Assembly (NCBI GenBank): GCA_050230475.1
Contig: JBFLGF010000155.1
Coordinates: 1 to 64,000 of the forward strand
DNA length: 64,000 nucleotides
Direction: 5' to 3'
From: Ancylonema sp.
Taxonomy: Eukaryota
Shown: in pieces, positions 14,228 to 24,496 of the stretch
Numbering within the stretch: position 1 is the first letter of the stretch
Layout of the letters: each line of letters begins with the position of its first letter
Translations under genes and position numbers: made by a program
Notes under the pieces: model-generated
Told to the model about the DNA's origin: nothing
The model's database searches: none
What the model saw: only the letters and a program-made list of their open reading frames with translations

Positions 14228-15460
14228 CCGGAGTGGCCATACCTAATGACCCGGTTAAAAAAAAGAGGAATTAAATTTAGTGATGACCCACCAATTTGAC
14301 CCTGGAAAAATATATGTATTATCCTGTGACTTAAAATTATGACCCGGGTAAAATATATTTATTATACCGTGACCCGGGAGGCAAAATGACCCACCCCGAA
14401 CCAACGCGCAACTTTTACCGCACCGATAGTGTACTAATTGTGGTACCGTAAACACTGGGGGGGTAACTTTCGGCCATTTCTTTTTTTATTATTTTTCCGA
14501 TTTCTTTCTTCACTCCGTTCACTCTCCTCTCGCTCAAATGTATTCGTCGTTCATCCGTTCACTTAACAAAATCCGTTCACCTTCCTTCATCTCAAATTTA
14601 TTCGTTGTTCATCCGTTCACTTCACACAAAAAAAAACGTCCACTTTTTTTTTTCTCAAATTTATTCGCCGTTCCTCCGTTCACTTTCGTTCAAAAGCCTT
14701 ATTTCGGCGCGGTGCATTGTATTCTCAAGATTGCGGCCGCATACTGTAGCGGACTATGAGATCTGGACACGGGCTGTGAGTCCACAACCGTATTTTTAGA
14801 CCGTCGGTGATCGTCATGAAAAAAGGTCCGTTATACATATATATATTTCGGGAGATCCCCAAGAGATAAAGGCGAATGCATTGAAAGCAGTAATATGTGG
14901 ACAAAAAGCAGATCCCGACTGTAAGTTGGAGTATGATGCTAGGAATCAGCTAAAATTTCTCGACATCGAAATATTGAAACAAGGAGGAGGAGAAGAAATC
15001 CAAAAAAACGAAAGGGTTAGGTGAGGGTGCACGAGGTGAGGTTAGATGAGGGGGAGAGGGAGGGGGGAGGAGAGGAGGGTGGGGAGCACGATTGACACGT
15101 CTCGTTGATGGATTCAAAGCGGGAAGAGGGCGACGAGGACGAGAAGGATGAAGTGTAAAAGTAGTGAAGACTAGAGAGTGGTCGAGTATGAGTCGTGCGC
15201 ATTGAGTAGCGAGTACTAAGTGATTATGTGGAGATATCCGCATGCTTTTGGTTTTTCAAATTTCCATTACTTTTCAGAATTTTGAAAGGTGTATCGTGGT
15301 TTTAAAATATGGAAACTTTATGTCGTTTATTATGTTGGCTTGTGCATGGTGGAAAAATGTAAGAACATGTACAACTTTATTATTCCCGACGTGTCCGTTT
15401 CCCCCCTTATATCTACGAAAAGGAAAGCGATGACGATCGATGAGGCCGCTACCGTACCAA
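14228..15460 (-). mobile_element. Family A element, inverted and truncated copy
   Basis: Starts ta|CCGGAGTGGCCATACCTAATGACCC, contains reverse-complement tandem units (ttcatccgttcact) and a block homologous to 12760-13000. Confidence 0.65.
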
Positions 15461-15916
15461 CATTGAGTTCTAACCACATATGTTAGGGGCGGATGCAAAG
15501 GCGTCCCTAGCAAGCTAGTTGCAAAATGCACACAAGCAATATGATGGCGAAAGGCCGGATAGGACAAGATGGCGTCAGCCGGATGGAATGGTTGTGCTGT
15601 AATAATGACTCTAGAGGTATTCCTATGGACTAGATATAGGAAAGTCGACCCTAGTCGACTCTAGGATCAATGTGGGATAACTCACTCTGAATATTCTAAT
15701 GACACATCAAGTCTGGCTGAAGGCACAATTGCGTGAGCTAAGGACACATCAGAATACTCCCTAGGGGCCAGGCGGCCGCTAGGGACACAACTCTCACTAT
15801 ATAGGGGCAAAACTCGCTATAGGGAAATCTGAGCTAGTAGCGCTCTAGCGCTAAGTGTGGGGACCTCGCTAGGGAGCCCTAGTGATTGTAGCGAGGGTCC
15901 TAACAGTACCCCCCCC

Positions 15917-18550
15917 TCAAGGCGCGGAATGCGATGAGGAGGCGGCGAAGGCCGATCTGGAAACGTGGCATGGAAATCTCGATCGCGTCAGCAGCATTGC
16001 CCATGTTGTTGGCAGGTTCCCAAGAGCGCTCAGATTCATCGAACCCGACCCAATCGACGAGGTAAAAAATCTTGCCAGCACGAGCTTTGAATCGAGGACC
16101 GTGGCCACCTCATGCTCGGGCTCGCCGTCCACCACGACCGGAGGAGGAGGCGCCACGACACGGCCTGGGAACGTATTGACATTGTGTGGCTCTATGAGGC
16201 TGTCGTGGAAGACGGGATGGATTTTGATGGATGACGGCAGCTCCAAACGATACCGAGGTCCCGATCTGGCCAATCACAGGGAAGAGCCCTAGACGACGGA
16301 CATCCAATTTTGAAAGGACGAGTAGATCCGACGTGGCGACGTAACAGCCAAACTTTTTGGCCTGGGACGAGAATCGGGGCGGATCTGCGCTTGCGATTGG
16401 CTGACGTGTCGATGGCGCGCTGGAATTGGCGGAGCGCCGCTTAAATAACATCCTGAGCATCGTGGATATTTTTGACGAAGTCGTCGGCCGCAGGGGTGGG
16501 AGAATCTGGGGTGGGGGGAGCAGCGACATTCGCGGGTGGTACCCGTAGTTGGCGAAAAACGGGGAGAGGGTGGTGGCGGAATGCTTAGAGTTGTTATAAG
16601 CAAACTCTGCCATCGGCAGAAGGCGCGCCCAATTAGACTGCTTGTAGTCGGTGTAAATGCGCAGGTACTGCTCCAGGACTGAGTTCAGGCGCACCGTCTG
16701 GCCATCCGTCTGCGGGTGGAAAGCCGTCGAGCGGTTGGCATGGCCCAACAGCTCCAGCAGCCGACGCCAAAAATGGATGGTGAAGATGGGATCGCGGTCG
16801 CTTATGAGGCTAGAGGGCAACCCGTGCAGGCACCACTCGTTGGAGAATCACTGCAGCGACCTCAGGAGCCGCCATGGCTTTGGTGGTGGGAATGAAGTGC
16901 GCCTGTCTGGTGAGCCGGTCCACCACCACTAGTATATCATCGTGGTAATCGCTAGGAGGTAGGTCCGTGATCCAATCCAGGGACACGCTAGACCAGGGCT
17001 GCTCAGGAGAGGGGATAGGAGGCCATATGGCGCGTGGCGCACCGGCTTGTTCCGGGCGCAGACGTCGCATGTGCGCACGTAGTCTTCCACCGCGTTAGAC
17101 AGCCCCGGCCAATAAAAATACTGGGCCAGCAGCGCGTGCGTCCGTGCAGTCCCGAAATGGCCTGCCATGGGCGCATCGTGATACTGCTTTAGAATTGCGA
17201 GTATGAGGGGAGCAGCAATAGGGGGAATTGCCAGGCGCTCGCTGGCCGTTGCGGTAGAGTAGGCCCTCACGTAGTGTGTAGAGGGATGACGACGTGCCTC
17301 AGGTTTGATTCCTGAGCAGATTTGTGTAGCAGGTCCGTAGCAATAGCCGGGTCCACCATCTGAGCCTCCTTGATGATAGGTAGGAGTGGGTGAGACGGGG
17401 ACAGGAGGATAGGTGCAGCTCGTTGAGGGGGGACAGGCAAAAGAGCCGCATCGGAAAGGATAGGGTGGGGGGACTGGGCTGGCGGCATGTAGTTAGGTCT
17501 GCGGGAGAGGGCGTCCGGCTTGCCATTGCTGGACCCCTTCCTGTAGACGATAGAGAAATCGTGAGCCGCCAGCGTCTCGACCCACCGTGCATGACTCCTA
17601 GAGGTCGTCCACGCAGCCCGAAAGTACTCCACGTTTTTGTGATCCGTGTAGACCACGATAGGGTGCGCTACGCCTTCCAGGTAGACCCGCCACTAGCGGA
17701 AGGCAGCCACTATCGCTAGCAGCTCCTTGTCGTAGATAGGGTAGTTCAACTCCGCATCGCAAAAAATTCGCGAGTAGTAGGCGAGGGGGTGGAGCTCTCC
17801 TGCCTCGTCCGTCTGGGAGAGGACACAGCCCAGACCGAATTCAGAAGAATCTGCTTTAATGGTTAGGGGGAGGGTCGGCTGGAAGTGTCGTAGGACAGGT
17901 GCGGTGGTGAATGCGGCCTTGAGTGCCTGGAAGGCGGTCTCAGCTGCCGGCGTCCACTCGAACTTGGCTCCCTTGCGGGTCAGGGAGGTAAGGGGGCAGG
18001 CCACTGTAGAGTAGCTAGCGATGAAGTTGCGGTAGAAGTTAGCAAAGCCCAAGAAGGACTACACCTCCTTGACTAACTAGGGAATTGGCCAGTCAAGGAG
18101 AGAGGCCACCTTCTCGGGGTCCATCTCCACGCCTGCAGGAGAGATCCGGTAGCCTAGGAAGCTGATGGTGTCCACATGGAACTCGCATTTCTCAATCTTT
18201 GCATATGGCTTGTGCTTCCGTAGGAATGCGGACTGTACGGACGTGGGGGACGTGCTCCTCGGGGGTGTCTGAGTAGATTATCATGTCGTCGAGCATGCCT
18301 GCTAGGAAGACGTCCAAATACTCCCTAAACACGTCTGTGATGAAGGACTGGAAGGTTGCAGGGGCATTGGTCGGCCCAAAAAGGCAGACCTGGTACTCGA
18401 AATGCTCGTAGCGACAACGGAACGCGGTCTTGTATTCATCCCCCTCCTTGAGCCGCAGCTGGTGATAGGCATTGCGCAGGTCGATTTTGGTGACGACCTT
18501 GGCGCTATGCAGGCGATCCAGCAGCTCAGGTATGAGGGGGAGAGGGCAGC
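15917..18550 (-). pseudogene. Gypsy pol (RT, RNase H, integrase, chromodomain), frameshifted
   Basis: [31 protein letters not shown] (RT); DSS..GLG/NYPIYDKELLAIV/YTDHKN (RNase H); HDAPMAGH..CDVC, SLDWIT, SDRDP, HPQTDGQT (integrase); IHPVFH..EHEVATVLDSK (chromodomain). Confidence 0.93.
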
Positions 18551-18962
18551 AATGTATGGATGTTGTATTCATCAACCATTACACTCTACCTCTTTATAGA
18601 GGTTGTACCGACATCATCATTACATTACATTTTTGTTAACAATCCACTTTACACCGATTTTACAAGCTCAAGCACAAGTTGTCGACGCTACCCTGACAAC
18701 TCCAACTTTTTTTCTCCTCGCCTGAACGCTCTACTGTGCGACTGCGATCCTGCTTCCTATATCTGCCTCATCGACCCAGACGTGGACGCATGACTTGCCA
18801 GTCTAGGGGGGGGGAGTTAGGGTAGATGCCCAGTTACACTTACAAAGTCATCGATATCGACATTCACCATTTCATGTCGATGGACTACGTTATGACGTCA
18901 TACATCAAATGATTACGTCATCAACGACCCTTTGCCCTATCGATCCTATCTGGCACGTCAGT

Positions 18963-19822
18963 TGTCACGACGCCTGAGATCGTTAGCTATTTTACCCCTA
19001 ATATCTACTAAATCTCTCCCTATATTAAATCACGTCTGCGCCGCGCCAAATCAAGGGTTCCGCCGCACTACAACTTCCGCCCCGCTCGCCGGTCCCGCTC
19101 CCGAGCTCCAGTTGTCAACCTGCGCCCCCGCTCAATATTTGAATTAGATTTGCTTAGCATTTATTAATCGTCGATCCGACGTGGCACCTTTGTACAAGTC
19201 AGCAATCAACTTGTGATGACTGTCATAATGTTAGCCGTCGATGAATATCTGACGATAGATATTGTAGATAAGACATTTGCGCGCGAGACATATTTCTTGA
19301 GATTGAATTGTAGATCGACACGCGTCTAGCGTCGTCTGTAGAGTTAACCTTTAATATAACCTTTGTACTTCGAACTCAGAATTCAGCTTTCGCTGAATCT
19401 AACGCTGAAGAGACTTGCAATCTTGCCTCTCGTGTAATATGTATCTCTGTCTATATATGTTCTATCTAGACGTTGATAATCTAAGAGTGTGAAGCGATAG
19501 CTATAGTGGTCTTACTTAGTTGTTGTATTGCTTCACACTCTTTTTAGAATCTTCAGAGTGTCGATGGCATTGTTTGCTTGCCCGCAGCGAGAGAGTAACG
19601 AGTCAAGTTACCGTTCCTGCCGACGTTTCGGTGATCCTTTATGATCACTGCCGCGATTCAAGCGCGCCAAACTCCTTAGTTAGGGCAGATGCCCAGTTAC
19701 ACTTACAAAGTCATCGATATCGATATTCACCAATTCATGTCGATGGACTACGTTATGACGTCATACATCAACTGATTACGTCATCAACGACCCTTTACCC
19801 TATCGACCTACATGGCACGTCA
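18963..19822 (+). repeat. LTR-like insertion (family Y); its 3' end is duplicated at ~18818-18960
   Basis: TGTCACGA...GGCACGTCA termini, a ~145-bp direct repeat (18818-18960 vs 19678-19822), and shared blocks with 56683-57590 (agctttcgctgaat..acgctgaagaga). Confidence 0.6.
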
Positions 19823-20401
19823 TAGCTCCTTTCCGGACAAGAGGGGAATCTCGAGGTCATAGGGGCGGTGGGGGGGTAGGGTGTTGGAAGTTTGCTTGGA
19901 AAACACGTCGGCAACGTCATGGTACTCCGTAGGGAGCTTGGAAAGGATGGTTGGGTATGGGGAAGGAGAACAAACAACGGCTAAAACTACGGGTTTTGGT
20001 GAGGGATCTTGCTCAGATGAGGAAGGGGGGGGGAGGGGGGGGGGAAGGCTCGGGACTATACAATCGGCTCCGTAGTGAGGGCCGGTGAAGGACACCTCTC
20101 CTGCCTCCCAATAGATGGTGGGGTTGTGGGTGCCCAAGACAACCGAGTAGTGGGCAAGGCGGGTGACGTCGAGGTGTAAGTCTTTGGTGTGGTTTCCGGG
20201 CGATCTGACCTTTGCATAGTAGTAGCAGGTGATAAGACCTACTGCAAGTGGACTACCATCGATCAATTCAACGGGGATGGGCTTGGGGTGGGGTTCGGTG
20301 ATCAGGTTCTGGGTTGCGAGGAGGGAGGGGTCGACGAACTTGCTCGATGCACCATTGTATATCAAGGCGACCACGGTGATAGGGGAGAGGGGGTATTGCA
20401 A
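19823..20401 (-). pseudogene. Gypsy aspartic protease to RT-linker remnant
   Basis: VVALIYNGASSKFVD (degenerate DSG), LPTEYHDVADVFSK..LPPHRPYDLEIPL. Confidence 0.85.
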
Positions 20402-20459
20402 GAGTTGGACCGATAGGAGAAGCTCGCAGGGAAGGGGAAGGGGGAAGAGGGAGGATAAG

Positions 20460-21651
20460 TGTCATCCCGCTAGAGATCGTTCGAGAATAATCAATTCTTT
20501 TGTGACGAGTTCCTCAAAATATAGCGAGTTCCAATACTTTGTCGATTTTAGCCGCTAAATTGAACTTGTTGCTATAAGTGGTCAATTGTAGCTCGGATGA
20601 TTTTTTTTATTTTGTTTTCGTGTTCAGTATATTGGAGAAAGTCGGTGTACCATTTTTCAGAAGTTGATTCCGAGTAGTCTAGCCTGTCAGCGTTTCCGAC
20701 GAGGTTTAATATTCTTAGTGCGCGCTGAGCTAATTCTAAAATGTCAGCCTCTTCGGTGAGTTGTCGCACGTGCCTAAGATAAGATCCTAGAATGGGCAGT
20801 CCAGATGTCATGTCTAGTCGATAATTTTTCTCAGCCTTATATCAAGAGATGATCTAGAATGTTCCGCGTGTGAAAAGCCGCGTCGATTGTTTAAGAGCAA
20901 AGTTTGTGCTCACAACTTCCAGCTTCCGCTGTAAGTTTACGTTGTCTGAATTTCAACAAACTCCTTTTGTGAATTCGTGTACTCTGAATCGTCGAATCTC
21001 TTTGTCAAGTGTCCCGCTTCGCCTTTGACATTCGCTACACCGTTTTGTGCAAACTAAGCCAGACAATTCACCCTTTGAATTGTCTGCACCCGTTACTAAA
21101 TTCGTGAATCGTTCATTCACCGTGACGTTTGATTTATCGTGACCCTTATCGTGTGCGTATTCTGAAGCAACCAATCATCAATGATTCTGCAACCCTTGTA
21201 GAAATTCTATAGCTATTTGCCCTGAATCCCATCACCAGTAGTTGTCGCGTGTTGTGAAGAGATGTGATTAGCGATTCTTTATTAACCCTAGTATTGTTTC
21301 CTAAGACCTTCCAATACTTTGCGTTGAGTGCATCTCAGCTATCGGCGAGTAGTAGCTACGGAAAACTTTGTTGATAAGTCACATACAGAGCTTGAATTAC
21401 ATTCTTGTGTTGTTAGTAGGGACTCAACCTACACCAAACTACTCTAGTGAGACAAGATGATAACTCCAAAGCCAATCAAGACGCTCCAAACTCCATGAAA
21501 GCAGTCAAGTCATCAACTACAATCCGCCAACATCATCGGCGAAGAAAACTACAACGAATCATGTTTTCCATATTTTCCCAAAATCTGTCGATTTTCCAGT
21601 TTTTGTGATATTCCGTCCACATTTTGTATGCCGACTCCATCTGGCACGTCA
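20460..21651 (+). mobile_element. Solo LTR (family X) with 4-bp TSD
   Basis: TGTCAT...GGCACGTCA flanked by TAAG at 20456-20459 and 21652-21655. Interrupts the Gypsy gag-protease junction. Confidence 0.75.
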
Positions 21652-21699
21652 TAAGGAATGCAAAAAAACTCCTCCTATGAGTGAGTCGGGGGGTCGTTT

Positions 21700-22640
21700 T
21701 TTGGCTCCTCGGGTCACAGATCCAAAAGGCGCACGGTGTGGGACTTGCCCTTGTTGGGGCAGTTTGCGAGCACGTGGCCTTGCAGACCACTGTAGTGGCA
21801 CAAGTTGCTTTCTTTGCGTTTGGATAACTCTGTGAACTGCAACTTGAGGACCTGGCGTTGGGACCCATTGATGTCCATGGCGACCACACGAAGGTGAGGG
21901 GGAATGTGCAGAGGGGGGATTTGATTAGCAAATCTGGCCTGGGGAGGGGTGTAAAATGATCGGCAAGGCCTGTCGAGGCGGGCAGCCGCCACAACGTCTT
22001 GATGTTCTTCACAAAGGTAACGTACTTCGCGAAGGGCTAGGGGGGGGGGGATTTGCACTTTCGGAATCTCCTCCTTTAGTTTGGCTTGAGCTTCTCAAAG
22101 TAAGTGAAGATCAGAGGGTGATCCCCCAAGTAAATAAACCTTTTAACCAAAGTCCTCAACTTTGCGGTGAAGTCTTGAACGTTGTCAGTCTTTCTGGGCT
22201 AACGTAGATGTCTTTCTTTGGTCACGTTGGAGTGAGCCTCGCCAAAGGCGTGAGACAAGCCAGCCAACATGCGCTCGAAGGTGTAGCCAGCCGGAAGCCT
22301 GCCTTGAGGATCGAGATTCTCGAGGTACCAGGAGTGGGATACACTAGTCAACCTATATCCGAAGTAGATGATGTTTGCGCCCCTAATCACAGAATTTGTT
22401 AGATGCTAGCTGAAGGCAGCCGCGAACCTCATTGACGAATTGAGATAGTTTGGTAGAGTCGCCATAATACTTATCGGAATTATTAAAAGGATAATCAGCC
22501 GGTGGTTGTTATTATAGAAGACGAGGTTGAGTTGGGGGTGTAGATAGAACGTCTGAGCTTGTAACCGCACCTCCATGTTCATCTGGTTTGAGAGAGCGTC
22601 TTGGTTAGCTCAAATAAGCAAGCTATTTGCTCATCTAATT
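21700..22640 (-). pseudogene. Gypsy gag remnant
   Basis: VAMDING..RKESNLCHYSGLQGHVLANCP (degenerate CCHC knuckle); YFGYRLTSVSHSWY capsid-like segment. Confidence 0.75.
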
Positions 22641-23336
22641 TCATTGCTCGTTCGGCCCCTACCTGATGCATGCTTTGCATTTATTCCAAGAGCTTTTGCG
22701 TTGCTTGTTCCATGATTCAAAAAGAATGGCGGCCGAAAAGGGTCTCTCACAAGATACACGAAAATGAAAAAACCCCAACTCAAAAGGTTAGGGGCGGAAT
22801 GCAATGAGCCCCTAGTAAATTATGTTGCACGTTCACACACAATAGAATGGCAAAACGAGTCAATGGATAGGATGGCGAAATGAGCCGATGGTAAAGATTT
22901 TGGTTGTAAGGTAGGCACGACAAATGCAATTACATGAGTTGATAGGAATGCTCTAGAGGCATTCCTATCGGCTAGATATAGGAAAGTTGACGTGCCAAAT
23001 TGAGTCGACATGGAACTTGCCGATGAAAATTCGAAAAACTTGATCTCGACAGATTTTGGAAGAATCTAGAAATTTTTCAAACTTTTTATTTATTTATTTT
23101 TTATTTTCTTTCTAAGACTTTTAACAAGGTTACATCTTTCTCACTCTATCATAATGAATGTTGCATGAAACTCCAATGCCAAGAATGAAAGTTGCAACAG
23201 ATGTAGTCCCCATTTGGGCTCACTAAAGTGATGTGTTGATTTAGTCTCAACCAGGGATGCACCGGGACGGCAAAAATGTATGCAAACGCGGACGTACGGA
23301 ATATGTCCGTACGGCAAAAGTATTGCAAACGTTTGT

Positions 23337-24453
23337 ACCCACCCATCTCGATTTGCTTTTTTTAGGTGATTTTTCGTGTGTTCCTTTCCCCTCCCTCCTC
23401 GATTTACTCCTTTTTATAAGGTCTTTCCCTCCCTCCCATCTCTGTTTACGATTTTTTTTTTTTTAAAGATTATTTAAGGTGGTTTTTTATTCCCTCCCAT
23501 CGAGATTTTCTTTTTAGGTGATCTTTTCTTGTGTTTCTTTATTCCCTCCCATCTCGATTTTTCTTTTTAGGTGATTTGTTCTTGTGTTTCTTTACCCTCC
23601 CTCCTATATTTACTCCTTTTTATAAGGTCTTTTCCTCCCTCCCATCTTATGTTTACGATTTTAAAGGTTATTTAAGGTGGTGTTGTTTTGTTTTTTATGA
23701 TTTTCGTGAAGAACAGCGGAAAAAGTTGTAAATCGGGAAAGGACAATTATAACCCACCCATCTCGATTTGCTTTTTTTAGGTGATTTTTCGTGTGTTCCT
23801 TTCCCCTACCTCCTCGATTTACTCCTTTTTATAAGGTCATTCCCTCCCTCCCATCTCTGTTTACGATTTTTTTTTTTTTTTAGATTATTTAAGGTGGTTT
23901 TTTATTCCCTCCCATCGAGATTTTCTTTTTAGGTGATCTTTTCTTGTGTTTCTTTATTCCCTCCCATCTCGATTTTTCTTTTTAGGTGATTTGTTCTTGT
24001 GTTTCTTTACCCTCCCTCCTATATTTACTCCTTTTTATAAGGTCTTTTCCTCCCTCCCATCTTATGTTTACGATTTTAAAGGTTATTTAAGGTGGTGTTG
24101 TTTTGTTTTTTATGATTTTCGTGAAGAACAGCGGAAAAAGTTGTAAATCGGGTTTGTCCCTCCCATCGAGATTTGCTTTTCTTTAGGTGATTTTTTCTTG
24201 TGTTTCTTTTACCTCCCTCCTATATTTACTCCTTTTTATAAGGTCTTTTCCTCCTCCCATCTAGATTTTTTTTTTTTTTTAGATTATTTAAGGTGGTTTT
24301 TTATTCCCTCCCATCGAGATTTTCTTTTTAGGTGATCTTTTCTTTCTTTCGTCCCTCCCATCGAGATTTGTTGTTTTTAGGTGATTTGTTCTTGTGTTTC
24401 TTTACCCTCCCTCCTTACTCCTTTTTATAATTTCCTCCCTCCCATCTCTGTTT
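23337..24453 (+). repeat. Left tandem array (415-bp unit, ~2.7 copies) of the pPolB cassette
   Basis: Near-identical units starting at 23337 and 23752 (identical ORFs at 23531 and 23946, offset 415), built from ccctcccatc..tttaggtgat subrepeats. Confidence 0.92.
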
Positions 24454-24496
24454 ACCCAATTAATACCCCAGCCTTTATATTATGTACCCATTTCTT

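Noticed and set aside
20467..20500. CTAG suggesting a Helitron 3' end
   Set aside because: Homology extends past CTAG to an ATGACA terminus with TSDs, which fits an LTR.
23531..24146. Two identical 66-aa ORFs
   Set aside because: By-product of the 415-bp T-rich tandem unit; GTG starts and no recognisable motifs.
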